Assembly: GCA_019828565.1 (NCBI GenBank)
Contig: JAHDYR010000012.1
Coordinates: 620,001-684,000 of the forward strand
Direction of reading: 5' to 3'
DNA from: Carpediemonas membranifera BICM
Taxonomy: Eukaryota > Protista > Fornicata
Length of the DNA stretch: 64,000 nt
Shown here piece by piece: positions 1 to 11,106 of this stretch. The position numbers and the translations under genes are program-made. A model generated the notes under the pieces. The model was not told where the DNA came from. It searched no databases and saw only the letters and a list, made by a program, of their open reading frames with translations. Numbering within the stretch: the stretch's first letter is position 1; each line of letters starts with the position of its first letter.

Positions 1-1529
1 ACCTGCAGACGCTGCGGGCGCTGTTCGAGGCCGAGACGGGCCGAATGAGGACGGCCCCGTCGATCGATGCCATGGTCGGTCGGGTCGTTGACTACTTGCT
101 CGACCTCGACAACCACGACCAGGAGGTGACCGGCCCGACGGTGCAGCGGTCCCTGGGCCGTCTCATCACGTCCGTCTTCGGCCGGCACCGCACGCTGGCC
201 TTCCCATTCCTGCGGATCTGCGATAAGGAGGCGACACACCCTCACCTCGGCGGGTGTGGCCACCTCGTTCACGTCAAGTGCTTCATGGAGCACCGGGCGG
301 CCCAGCTCGAGCACTCAAAGACGCTGAGCCGCGTCTCGGGGGCCGAGCCGCTGATCTTCCGAGAGATCTCGTGCCCCTTGTGCAAGGCCGTGACGACCGG
401 CATCATGCAGCACCCAGCCTGCACCCAACCGACCGGCCCTGATCCCCACATCCACATCCGGCAGCTGTGCTCCTGGACCAGGCCCGTGGTGCGGGGCGAC
501 ATCACGCGGTACCAGCTTACCCGTCTCGGGGCATCCCCGGGCATGCAGGAGGGCAAGATCATCGCCCGGCTCGCAGTCGCCCTGCACTCTGTGGCATATA
601 CGGCCATCTGCCTCGACATGGCGTGCTCGGCACCCACGAGGGAGCTGGCGCACGGCCCGCACTACCTCGAGAACCGCGTCCAGATCCTGGCGGCCACCCT
701 CGGGTCGGTCCTCGCCCTGCTGAGGGACACAGACCGCCAGCTGCTGGACAGACTTGTCGAGACCGCCCAGGGCTTCTCCTGCCCCGAGGACCTCCTCGAC
801 GGCGGCATCACCGCCATGCTCCTGAAGACATGCGCCCGGGCCGTGACGAGCTCCAGTGGACCCGAGCAGTGCGAGCCCCTGGCCCTGCCCGACCTCAGCG
901 GGGTGCCGGGGGGCGTCGTGCGGGCCCTGCAGGGCCAGGTCGCCATCCTCAACGCCGCGTTCGAGATGCTCTCGGTGGTCTCCGTCCCGGGCCCCGACAC
1001 TGCACTGCAGCGCCACTCGACCGCCGTCTCCCTCGATGCCCAGCTGAGTGGCATGCCCCGCCTCTCTCCCCTGATCCTGACGATCCCCTGGACGGACTTG
1101 CTGGACATGTTCCATGACACATACGAGGCGTCGTGTTCCAACTGCGGCGGCTCGTACAGCACCGCGACAGAGCTGTTCGTCTGCCTGCTCTGCGGGGCGA
1201 AGTTCTGCAGCCATTGCGAGGATTCGATCGAGTTCGACTCGATGCGGACCCACGGGTTCGTCCACGGCACGATGTTCCCCCTCATCGCGCTGAAGACGGG
1301 CCTTGTCACCATCTACCACGACCCCCGCGTCGTCGTGTGGAACGCAGTCCACCTCGACCAGCACGGGGAGGCAGACCCCCAGCTGCAGCGGGGCCGGGCC
1401 ACAACACTGTGCCCGGCCCGGCTGGACGAGCTGCACGCGTACCTGCTGCACCACGTGCCGACGACGGGGCCGAAGCTGCTGGGGGACGCGAGGGTGCTGT
1501 TTACCCACCACCGCGACACGTCGCCATGA
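1..1529 (+). CDS. UBR-family (N-degron/N-end rule) E3 ubiquitin ligase, C-terminal part; 5' end lies outside the window
   Basis: Frame is open from the window start. RING-H2 remnant GCGHLVHVKC...CPLCK, then the UBR C-terminal Cys/His domain CLLCG..FC...H...HG and LDQHGEADPQLQRG..LC..RL..L. Confidence 0.85.
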   Translation, partial: LQTLRALFEAETGRMRTAPSIDAMVGRVVDYLLDLDNHDQEVTGPTVQRSLGRLITSVFGRHRTLAFPFLRICDKEATHPHLGGCGHLVHVKCFMEHRAAQLEHSKTLSRVSGAEPLIFREISCPLCKAVTTGIMQHPACTQPTGPDPHIHIRQLCSWTRPVVRGDITRYQLTRLGASPGMQEGKIIARLAVALHSVAYTAICLDMACSAPTRELAHGPHYLENRVQILAATLGSVLALLRDTDRQLLDRLVETAQGFSCPEDLLDGGITAMLLKTCARAVTSSSGPEQCEPLALPDLSGVPGGVVRALQGQVAILNAAFEMLSVVSVPGPDTALQRHSTAVSLDAQLSGMPRLSPLILTIPWTDLLDMFHDTYEASCSNCGGSYSTATELFVCLLCGAKFCSHCEDSIEFDSMRTHGFVHGTMFPLIALKTGLVTIYHDPRVVVWNAVHLDQHGEADPQLQRGRATTLCPARLDELHAYLLHHVPTTGPKLLGDARVLFTHHRDTSP

Positions 1530-1596
1530 TAAAGTATACTGTTAAAACATGCACACCAGAGGCTGCTTTTTATTGGTATCGGTCGAGCAACCAGCC

Positions 1597-2277
1597 CTAC
1601 AGCCCGGGCCGCACGCCCTGCCTCGACGTCGCCGTCCGCACCTCGTCGACAACCTGGCGGAACTGCACCCTGAGCGCCTCCAGCTCGGCCTGGCCCTGTT
1701 TGCGGAGTTGCTCGCTCTGGTCGAGTTGGGCTCTCAGCCGCATGACCTCGAGCTCCAGCGCATGGACCCGCGCCTGCTCCTCGGTCAGCCGGCGGAACGA
1801 CTCCCGCTCGGCGTCCTGGGCCTCTCTGACGACGTCAAAGGATCTGCTCGACTCAGTGGAGCGGGCCTGCTGCATTTCAAAGATGCAGTTCACCGTTGCC
1901 TTCAAGGATTGGTCTAGAGACTTATTCCGCGCTATCAGCGCCTGTACGCTGCTGCTGGTGATCACGTTGGTCTCTGAGCACACGCCCAACGACGCTCCCG
2001 GGGGGCAGCTGGCCAACCCATCCACAGGCAACAGCGCGAAGAACTGGATGTCCGCCGGTTTCGAGCGTAATAGGTGTGCGGTGAAGCGGCGTATGTCTGC
2101 GTCCGTCACCTGGGACTCGCTCACGGTCACAGGCATCAGCAGGCTCACGGAAAGAGACCCGGGGTCGGTGTTCAGCTTGTCAGGGCTCGAGGATTCGGAA
2201 AAACGAATCGAACGGGGCCTATCTTCAGGTGTTGTTGATACAACTCTCCCTGTTTCGCCAACGTGCATGTCTGCCAT
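1597..2277 (-). CDS. hypothetical protein with C-terminal coiled coil
   Basis: 226 aa ATG ORF with GC3-rich codons and a heptad-like E/Q/R/L-rich C-terminus. Confidence 0.65.
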   Translation of the reverse strand: MADMHVGETGRVVSTTPEDRPRSIRFSESSSPDKLNTDPGSLSVSLLMPVTVSESQVTDADIRRFTAHLLRSKPADIQFFALLPVDGLASCPPGASLGVCSETNVITSSSVQALIARNKSLDQSLKATVNCIFEMQQARSTESSRSFDVVREAQDAERESFRRLTEEQARVHALELEVMRLRAQLDQSEQLRKQGQAELEALRVQFRQVVDEVRTATSRQGVRPGL

Positions 2278-2440
2278 CGGTTTCTTGTGATTGTGTTGTT
2301 ATGGGAAGCACTATTCACCGAACCCGCGCTGACCGCGGTGTCGCATTGAAGCCCGGTTGCATCCCCCAGGCCGTAGCAGGCTGTGCCTCCCCTTCTTGCC
2401 GTGAGGCGACTTCCCGACTCGACAAGCAAACAAGAATTTC

Positions 2441-4877
2441 ATGAGCGGAACGGACGAGTTCGAGGACATCTGCGACGCCTTGAACCGACCTTCACCACCA
2501 CCCTGTTTGTAACCAGAATCCCTCTTTTATTCAGTGGAAAACGTCCTCTCTGACTACCATCGCAAGGCCCCGCAGCAGCACGCGGCCCCAGACGCCCAGT
2601 CGGCAACACCGACGCACAAAGTTCGCACCACATACCGTAAGCAGCAGCCCCAGCCCAATCTGAACGACTCTGACGTGGATCCGTCGCTGCGTTCCCGCCC
2701 CCGTTCGTCCCCCCTCCCCCCCCTACACAGTAGAGTACATGCTCCGCAGACACACGCAGGTCGTTCCCATGCAGCAGCAGACGCGCCCTCAGTACCAGCG
2801 CTACGAGCACTCCCCAGAGGCCTGGCGCGGCTCCTACGACCGCCCCCGCGACGTGCCCCGCGAGGTGCCCCGCGAGGTGCCCCGTGAAATGCCCCGCTAC
2901 GACCCCCGCTACGAGGAGCAGTACGCCGAGCCGTACCAGGAGTACCAGGAGCCGAGCAGGCCCCCACAGTTCGAGGAGTACGACGACTACGCGCCCCCCA
3001 GGCAGGTGCCAGAGAAGCAGTGGCAGGAGCCTCAGCCGGCCCCGGCCTCGCCGTCGCCCGCAATCCCGTCGCCCGCACACCGGGAGATGTCGGCCGTCCA
3101 GGCCGGCGCGGTGGCCGAGCTCGAGGACCGCGTCGCCGAGCTCGAGGCGGAGGTGCGTGAGCTTGAGTCCCGGCTTGCCCAGGCCACAGACGAGAGGGAT
3201 GGGCTTGCAGAGGGGGGCAAGGAGGTCCGGGTCAAGCTCCAGAAGCGGGCACAGCAGGTTGCTGACCAGCAGGCGTCGATTGAGGGCTTGACCAAGCAGG
3301 TTGAGGTGTGGCGGGCCAAGAGCGAGGAGAAGGAGACAGAGTTGGCTGCGGCATGCGAGGACCTCGACCAGGCGCTGAAGAAGGCCAGGGAGCAAGAGGA
3401 GCTCGCCAACACGCGACACGACGCCGTGGACGCGCTGCAGTCGACGCTGGAGGGCCGGGAGCGGGCGATCAACAAGCTCAAGGCGGACCTGGCGACGAGG
3501 GAGAAGGAGCTGGACGGGAAGGCGGCGCAGTGCGACGACCTGACCATACAGCTCGAGGACACGCGACGGAGGCTTGAGTCAGAGAGTCAGAACCTGATGA
3601 ACCTGCAGCAGGAGGCCAATCGACTAAGGAAGGCCGTCAGTGGGGCCAGCACCGCGGAGTCCCAGGCGTCCGAGCGGATCGAGGCCCTCATGGCGCAGGT
3701 CCAGACGCTGCAGGGCGACAAGGCCGCACTGGGCCAGGACAAGGCGCGGGTCGAGGCCCAGCTGGCCCAACTCGAACGGCAGTACCGGCAGCTGGAGGTG
3801 ACCAAGAGTGCGACCGGAGCCTACCAGGCCACACAGCCCAGCTCGGCCCCGGCCCCCACGAGGGATGCCGTCGTGCAGAGACAGGAGGAGCTCGCCCGCG
3901 CCGCCCAGACCTCGAGGCCCGCAGCGACCCACCGCACGTCGTCGATCGGCTGGGACATGGCGGCCGAGCCCGCGGGCAGGGAGGCACAGGCGCCGGTGCC
4001 CAGCACACGACCGCAGCAGGCAGCAGGGGCCGTGCGGCAGCGTAGCGAGGGCTTCCAGCAGGCCTGGGACGCTGAGCCCTCCCCCAGCCGGAAGGAGCGG
4101 CAGAGACCCGCGGAGCCCGAGGCGAGACCCGTGAGGGTTGATCGCCCAGAGCCCCAACAACAGCCGCAACACCAGCCGCAGTCGTACTTCGAGACGCCGG
4201 CCCCAGCGCAGACCCGGGAAGACCCCATCGACATGGAGAAGGTCCGCAAGTACGAAAAGTTCATGGAGTACCAGCGGATGCGGGAGGAACAGGCCAGAAG
4301 GCGGCACGAGCTCGAGGAGCGGCTCCAGGGCCTCAGCATGGAGGTGGATGACCTGCGGGCGTCCGACGAGATCGAGGCCGCCCGTGCCAAGCGGGCAGAG
4401 GGCGTGAAGCGGATGTTCGCGGACGACGACGCCCGCAAGGCCCGCGAGCTCGATGAGTTCCGACGCAAGAAGGCGGAGCGGGACCGGCAGCGGTATGGGG
4501 ACGACCGGGCGCCGAGGGACGTCCGGCCGCCCCACATGCCCGAGTACCAGCAGCCTGAGACGCCGCCGCCCGACATATTCGGCGATCACCGACGGGACCG
4601 GCCCTCGGGAACGCCCGGGACGCCGTTCGCCACAGAGCAGACGGATGCCTCCGACATAGTGCTGGACAGGCTCGAGAAGGACCTCAGTAAGGCAGCGTAC
4701 AAGGTCAGCTACCAGGAGGCCGAGTTGCAGAAGCTGGAGGAGATGACCCGGCTGACGGCAGACAAGCGGCGCCGCAAGATCTACCTCGAGGAGTCCCTAG
4801 AGGAGGGGCGGGCAGAGGTGGCGCGGGTCAGGCTCGAGATCAGGAAGATGGAGGACGCCCTTGGCCGGGCCCGCTGA
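2441..4877 (+). CDS. large coiled-coil protein, 3 exons (introns 2505-2534 and 2703-2730)
   Basis: Removing GTTTGT..TTCAG (30 nt, contains an in-frame TAA) and GTTCGT..CACAG (28 nt) joins ATG 2441 to the 2534 and 2739 ORFs in frame. Long coiled coils. The C-terminal PFAT..LE..L..RRRK..LE motif loosely resembles enkurin/MPHOSPH9-type ends. Confidence 0.75.
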
Positions 4878-5041
4878 TGTACTGTAAAGAGTTTCATACG
4901 GTGTCCCGAGTCGATGGCGGATCTCGACCCAGGACCAAGGGTGCATGGAATAGGGACTGCTGTCACCACATGCTAGCTAGTGATCGCCCAAATGACCGGT
5001 TTCTTGCCTGTTCTTGACGGTGCAGGTTTGGCAGGCACCAC

Positions 5042-6511
5042 ATGAAGATACCAAATTTTCGGCGAAAGAAGGCGGAGAAACCTTTAGCTCGCCTGTATCG
5101 GGGAACAGGGAAGTATATATTCCCCAATGGCGACACCTATACTGGCCAATGGAAGGACTATCGCATGCACGGAAAAGGCACTCTCGTGCTCGCCAACGGA
5201 GCCCAGTATACCGGGCAGTGGAAGGCCAATATGATGCACGGCAAAGGAGAGCTCCGTTGGCCAGACGGGGCTTTCTACAACGGCGAGTTCGTCGATGGTA
5301 GCAAGGAAGGAGAGGGCTCCCTCCGTTACAACAACGGCACCAACTACTCCGGCCAGTTCCACTCCGACAAGTTCCACGGCACGGGCCTGATGCGCTTCAA
5401 GCATAGCGGGGCCGTCTACTCGGGCCAGTTTACGGAGGGCGCCCTCACCGGGGTCGGCGTCTTGGAGTACCCGGACGGCCGCATCTCCGCGGGCGTGTGG
5501 GAGGCCGGCAAGTACCAGGGCCCGCCGCCCCACGGCTACTACGAGGGCGAGAGGAACGGCCTCGGGCAGCGGGAGGGGCAGGGAATCGAGATCTTCCCCA
5601 ACGGCTGCTCGTTCCAGGGAACCTGGCGGGCTGGGCTCATACACGGCCACGGCACGTACCGGTGGCCCAACGGGCAGGTCTATGAGGGCATGTTCGCGGC
5701 GGGACGCTACCACGGGGAAGGCACGATGCGGTGGCCCTGCGGCGAGAGCTACAGCGGCGAGTTCAAGGACGGCGAGCAGCACGGCTACGGGACGTACACC
5801 TGGGCAGCGGGCAGGGTCTACAGCGGCGAGTGGCTGGACGGTCGGCCCTGTGACGAAGAGGCCGCCGCGATCCCGAGAGAGGCGATGAGGCCGAGGCGGT
5901 CCAGAAGACCCAGGAGCAAACCCGTCAAGGCGTGCCTCCTGTCGGCCAAGCTCATCGACCGCACTGACGACGTGTACGTCCCGGACGACGACGACACGCA
6001 CAGCTGGGCCCGCATGGAGTTCGGGAACGGGGATGTCTACGAGGGCGAGACCCAGGACGGCAAGCGCCACGGGCACGGGATATACAAGCTGGCGAACGGC
6101 GAGGTATACGACGGAAGCTGGGCGGACGACCGCATGGACGGCTTCGGCGAGTACCGCTGGCCCGATGGGCAGGCGTACAGCGGCGACCATAGGGCGGGTG
6201 CGATGCACGGCAAGGGCCGTCTCACGCTGGGCCCGGCCGCGACCGACGGATGCGACTACGACGGGGACTTCTGCGACAACCTAATGACTGGCCGGGGCGT
6301 GCTCCGGTGGCGTGACGGGAGCAGCTACCGGGGCGGCATCGTTAACGGCGCGATGCAAGGCATGGGGGCGTACACCTGGGCCAACGGCAACGTGTTCAAC
6401 GGAGAGTTCGAGGCGGACGCGGGTCTCAGAGGGGTCATGACGTATGCCGATGGGCAGACCCGCGAGGGGCGGTGCGTCGACAACCAGTTCATCCCTAACG
6501 ACCCGCTGTAA
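5042..6511 (+). CDS. MORN repeat protein
   Basis: Many YxGxWxxGxxHGxGxxxWPxG repeats in two blocks separated by a basic linker. Confidence 0.93.
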   Translation: MKIPNFRRKKAEKPLARLYRGTGKYIFPNGDTYTGQWKDYRMHGKGTLVLANGAQYTGQWKANMMHGKGELRWPDGAFYNGEFVDGSKEGEGSLRYNNGTNYSGQFHSDKFHGTGLMRFKHSGAVYSGQFTEGALTGVGVLEYPDGRISAGVWEAGKYQGPPPHGYYEGERNGLGQREGQGIEIFPNGCSFQGTWRAGLIHGHGTYRWPNGQVYEGMFAAGRYHGEGTMRWPCGESYSGEFKDGEQHGYGTYTWAAGRVYSGEWLDGRPCDEEAAAIPREAMRPRRSRRPRSKPVKACLLSAKLIDRTDDVYVPDDDDTHSWARMEFGNGDVYEGETQDGKRHGHGIYKLANGEVYDGSWADDRMDGFGEYRWPDGQAYSGDHRAGAMHGKGRLTLGPAATDGCDYDGDFCDNLMTGRGVLRWRDGSSYRGGIVNGAMQGMGAYTWANGNVFNGEFEADAGLRGVMTYADGQTREGRCVDNQFIPNDPL

Positions 6512-6771
6512 GATAGTAAAGATCGCTCATGACGGTGAAGGCGGGTGCGATGGTATGAGCAGCATTCGCCCTCAGTAACCTACCGGGCTGAGACAGGAGC
6601 AGGATAGAGCCGATAGAAACCCTGCCCCTGCTCATGCTGGAACACCGACCCAGCTTACCGATAGGCGTGGGAGACGGACAACTCTGCAATTCAGCGAGGG
6701 ACTAGACCGCCAAACCCCGCGGTCTAAAACTGCTCAATTTGTCCTTGCAGAATTTGTCAAAAACTACCACA

Positions 6772-7548
6772 ATGCAAGCATCTGTAGTATTGGAAAACAG
6801 CCAAAACAACGTTGCGTTAGAGTGTGAATACGCTAAGGTCAAAACACTAGAGAACAGATTCCTGAAGCAGCCATCCCAGAGGCAGTGCCACCTCCTGTTC
6901 GAAATGATGAGGAACCATGCCCCTCTAGAGGATATAGAGCTTCCTATTCCATTGGAGGACCTCATGCCTGCGCCTGAGCGGGAGCCTCTCGCTGCCATCG
7001 CGGAGTGCTCCGTCATCGAGGAGGAAGAGGAGATCGAACTGCCGGCGCCCGTCATGCTGATGGACACGGGAGTATCGCCTTTCGCCAACCCAGAGCCAAA
7101 GCCCGTCGAGCGCATCAGCGTGGCGCTGTGCACCGAGCCTCTCCAAGTCAGCGACGCCGCTGTCAACACGTCGACGGTCGATCCCGAGCCTTTGATACTC
7201 GCGGACATCGGCACGGGCACCACTGTCGTGTGCACTCGGTCGGCTACAGTCAGCCCAATGCTGGTGGCCGCGGACATAGCCCTGAGCCCCATCAAGCCCG
7301 TCACTGTCCACGTGCCCGTCCACAGGACACCAGAGGCGGCCCAAGAAGTAGTGAAGACCGCGACCCCGGAGATGATCAGGGCCCCTGACCCTGCTGTGTC
7401 GGGCCCGTGGGACAGCACACCCAACCTGCGGCGACAGCTGGAGCTGCAGCAGGGCTGGGACGTTGGCAGGATATTCCCCGGCAAGTACAAGATCCCGACG
7501 AAGGCCTCGGACCTGTTCAGCAAGGAGAAGAAGCGGCTCAAGCGCTGA
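6772..7548 (+). CDS. hypothetical protein (Pro/Glu/Thr-rich)
   Basis: ORF with host-like codon usage; first ATG at 6772. Confidence 0.6.
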   Translation: MQASVVLENSQNNVALECEYAKVKTLENRFLKQPSQRQCHLLFEMMRNHAPLEDIELPIPLEDLMPAPEREPLAAIAECSVIEEEEEIELPAPVMLMDTGVSPFANPEPKPVERISVALCTEPLQVSDAAVNTSTVDPEPLILADIGTGTTVVCTRSATVSPMLVAADIALSPIKPVTVHVPVHRTPEAAQEVVKTATPEMIRAPDPAVSGPWDSTPNLRRQLELQQGWDVGRIFPGKYKIPTKASDLFSKEKKRLKR

Positions 7549-7638
7549 GTTAGTTAGCCGTTGACAGCCACATTTTATGATAAACGCAGCGCCGACGTTT
7601 ACACCGACCGGGGAAGCTCTGACAGGCCTATTACCCCG

Positions 7639-8619
7639 TCACTCCGCGGCATAGATGGCCGTGGGTTCGGCCTCCGAGATGCTTCCAACCAAGAAGAGCC
7701 TGACAGCGGATAGCACGGTGCTGATGGTCACAGACAGCTTGATGAGCTCGAATCCAGCCATGATCAACAGATACGGTCTGATCGTCGCCATGTTGAGTAA
7801 GACAACCGTGGCCGACTCACCGCCAACCACGATCTCGGCGGCGATCAGCAGCAGCTGACATACTGAGACCGCGGCGGCCACGATCACCGCGACCACGGCG
7901 AGGGACGGGGCAGCGACGGCGGCCAGGCCGACCAGCCGGGCCACGTCACTCTCCTCGGCCCGGGCATGGTTGCGGACGGCCGCGACGACCCCGTTGATGG
8001 CCAGGGCGACCGCCACGGAGAGGAGGATGGCGTCGCACACCTGGCCGACGAAGGGGAGTGCCGCAAGCAGAGCGGTGAGGGTGGCGACGGCGAGCCCAGT
8101 GAGCGCCGACCCGACGACGACGGCAACGACAGTGTTCCGCTCGATGCCGCCCTTCCGGCCCATGGCGACGGAGGCTGTGCCGGACGACAGGGCCAGGCCG
8201 GTGGTGGTGATAAAGGCGGCGATGAAGATCGCCAGGGCGAAGAGGGCCTGCAGGAGAACGTAGACGAGCATGGGTGTGGTCACAGCCCCGCCGCCCTGCA
8301 CTGAGGACGGCGAGACGAGGGACACGAAGGCGGTGATGCCAGCGGTGAGACCGAGGTGGACGATGGCGGTGATGCCAGTCAGGAAGAAGCGAACAACGCC
8401 ATCCAGCACAAATAGAGCCATAGGAACAGCAAGAAGGAAAGTGGTGCGATGGTGGGAGCTCTCTGTGCTCTTCTGAGTCAGAAAGAGGATGATCAAACCG
8501 AGCAGCGTCAGCAGGGCAGCGCCGAGGTTCACCTTCTCCCCAGCTACACCAAGACCACCCATGAGGCCGGATATGACCTTGAATGGGGCCAGGATGGCCG
8601 TCAGTCCATTAATCAGCAT
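7639..8619 (-). CDS. multi-pass membrane protein, unknown family
   Basis: 326 aa, almost entirely hydrophobic segments. Confidence 0.7.
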   Translation of the reverse strand: MLINGLTAILAPFKVISGLMGGLGVAGEKVNLGAALLTLLGLIILFLTQKSTESSHHRTTFLLAVPMALFVLDGVVRFFLTGITAIVHLGLTAGITAFVSLVSPSSVQGGGAVTTPMLVYVLLQALFALAIFIAAFITTTGLALSSGTASVAMGRKGGIERNTVVAVVVGSALTGLAVATLTALLAALPFVGQVCDAILLSVAVALAINGVVAAVRNHARAEESDVARLVGLAAVAAPSLAVVAVIVAAAVSVCQLLLIAAEIVVGGESATVVLLNMATIRPYLLIMAGFELIKLSVTISTVLSAVRLFLVGSISEAEPTAIYAAE

Positions 8620-8769
8620 GGGTGCTCCGTGATTGCACCCCGGCTGGGCTGGATCTCGGCCAAGCCCCCACCACTTGGGCCGCCTTTTCTGTGGTCTGCA
8701 GGTGATATTTCGGCCCCTGACACTGTTGGGGGATTCCCGAGTCGATCGACTCTGGCCACTCAGGCAGCA

Positions 8770-9825
8770 ATGGCAGAACGCGCTGGTGCTGGTGCGGACA
8801 GCGATGTTACTTGTTCAAACGGTCAAGGCGCTTGCTGTGTGTTTGACGTCGATGGGGTGTTCCGGCTCGGGCATCTGTCGGTGCCAGGAGCCACCGGTGC
8901 GCTCGCTTCCCTCAGGGAGGCCGGTGTTCCGCATGTTTTCCTCACAAACACATCGGCGAGTCCACAGGCGTCATCGCAGGAGCTAGCCCATGCGCTGGAC
9001 GGCACGTACGTCGATCCCGCGGACATCATCGTGTCCCACAGCCCATTCCAGGACCTGCTGAGCCCGTTCAGGGTCTCGGAGCGCCCCATACTCGTCGTAG
9101 GAATCGACAACGTGTCCGCTGGGGACGTGGAGACCCTCTACCACATCCCGCACGCCGTCTCGACCGACGATGTCTACCGCTGCCTCCCCGCCTCCTGCGT
9201 CCCCGCCCTGGCCGGCATCCACAGCCCCGCCAACGACGAGGGCGTGATGAGGGACGCGCATGCCCAGTTTGCGGCCGTCGCGGTGATGGCGGACAGCAAC
9301 AACCTCACCCGGGACATGCAGCTGGTGCTGGACGCCCTCCGGTTCGACGGGCACTGCCACCCTGATGACATACGGCAGTTCCTGGACAACGGGGGCGACG
9401 ACCGGCGGCAACACATCCCGATCTTCTTCGCCAACCCCGACATGGTCTACGGGGCCGCCCACCCCGCCCCCCGCCTTACCCAGGGTTGCTTCAGACTCAT
9501 GCTCGAGTCCATGTTCAAGGCGCTCACGGGACAGGCGCTAGACGTCGTTCAGGCTGGCAAGCCCTCGGCGATCAGCTACGAGTACGCCGCAGGGCTCCTC
9601 CGGGACAAGGGCGGGGCGGGTTCCGTCTTCATGGTGGGCGACAACCCCGCCTCGGACATCCGTGGGGCCAACAGGGTGGGGTGGACGTCCTGTCTCGTCC
9701 GGACAGGCATCGGGGCCCGGGTTGACACGGAGACCCTGCCCGAGGAGGACCGGCCTGCGATGGTGTTCCCCACGGTGGTAGAGGCCATCGCACATATCGT
9801 GAAGGTCCACACCGGTAAAGTCTAG
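8770..9825 (+). CDS. HAD-superfamily subfamily IIA hydrolase, CECR5/HDHD5-like
   Basis: Motifs FDVDGV, FLTN, FANPD, GKP, MVGDNPASDIRGAN, LVRTG. ATG 8770 is preferred over the longer ORF that overlaps the opposite-strand gene. Confidence 0.9.
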   Translation: MAERAGAGADSDVTCSNGQGACCVFDVDGVFRLGHLSVPGATGALASLREAGVPHVFLTNTSASPQASSQELAHALDGTYVDPADIIVSHSPFQDLLSPFRVSERPILVVGIDNVSAGDVETLYHIPHAVSTDDVYRCLPASCVPALAGIHSPANDEGVMRDAHAQFAAVAVMADSNNLTRDMQLVLDALRFDGHCHPDDIRQFLDNGGDDRRQHIPIFFANPDMVYGAAHPAPRLTQGCFRLMLESMFKALTGQALDVVQAGKPSAISYEYAAGLLRDKGGAGSVFMVGDNPASDIRGANRVGWTSCLVRTGIGARVDTETLPEEDRPAMVFPTVVEAIAHIVKVHTGKV

Positions 9826-10107
9826 CGGATCCCCCTTTGTACCATCACCCCAATAAACCACCCGACCAACAAAGCATGCTGAACACGGAAGGCCCAGGTA
9901 GCCAGCGTCTGACCTGAGGGCCACAGGATAGGGAAGATAAAAGGTGCGGTCGCCTACCCCGGCAGAGGCGTTGTAGTCCCGACAGTTGCCCTCAGCAAGG
10001 GCGACTTCAATGTAAAACTTGAGCTGGTGGATATCCCACCGACTCCCAACCCATCATCGAGTGTTGCGGAAGATCGCACTTTTGGCAACACCGAATGTGG
10101 TATTTAG

Positions 10108-11106
10108 ACTCACGTATTCTTATCCCGCGTGGCACACTACCTCCACTCACCCACTTCAGCCCTCGTCTGTACCATCTGGCTTTCGTGCTTCAGTCGTCGG
10201 TCGGCTGAATACGAGCGTGATCACGGCGACATCACCAAGCTCCGCAGAGTGCTCTCTGTGAGGACTGACGGGGTCTCTGTTGCTGTGACGGTTTGGGTGG
10301 GTCGCGAGAAATACCGTGGCGGTCGGGTGGCTGACCGGCCCACGTACAAAAAGGGTAGCAGCAACAAGCGGGCTCGGCTCGGTCAGGATGACGCCGAGGC
10401 TACTCCTGCCCCGGACATTCAAGCTCTCATGGGCTTCGACCCTGGTGCTCGGTCGCTGGGCGGCTACACGATCCGCCGCCCAGACGGGCAGAGTGTATCT
10501 GGCGTGCTCGCTAAGTGTGGCTACACTGCCACCCCCTCTTTCCGCGTGAATATGAGCGCAGCATCGTTCAAAACGACAAGTCTAGAGGCTCTCAAACAGT
10601 CGATTAGGTTTGTCCACGAGAACATCGTTCAGATCATCAACGAGGGGACGAGAAAGTGTTTCCGCCGTGCGACTTTTGCCAATCACTGTCTGCGTCTGAA
10701 GCACTTCGCCCGGGCTGGACGTCAACTCCTGGATGATCTCGGCGGGCGCCCCCCGGAGCCCATTCATCTCGAAGTCGCGTATGGGGCTGCACTGTTCGGT
10801 TCCGCCAGCACTCCCTCCTGTGCTCCGTACCGCCACTTTGCTCGAGCTCTCCCTGGCATCATGCTCCGGCACAACGTCGTCGTGCGTGTCGACATGGTCT
10901 CGGAATTCCGCACTTCCATCGTGTGCCCATACTGCAAAGCACACTTCAGACGTGTGGTGTACACACACCGCATCATGCTCTGCCAGAATCCCGCGTGCGA
11001 GGGAGCTCCATGGCGCGTTGAACGGCTACGTCGGCATCCCGAGCAGAGAGACATACTTCTCAATCTCTCTCACCGAGATAAGAGCGCCAGCAAGAACATC
11101 CTTTGA
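10108..11106 (+). mobile_element. Fanzor (eukaryotic TnpB/Cas12-related RuvC nuclease), apparently 5'-truncated or degenerate
   Basis: TDGVSVAV, RuvC-I MGFDPG (D codon 10438), AYGAALF, RuvC-II VSEFRTS (E 10903), Zn ribbon CPYC..CQNPAC, RuvC-III HRDKSASKNIL (D 11077). In-frame TAG at 10105 and no ATG before RuvC-I. Confidence 0.85.
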
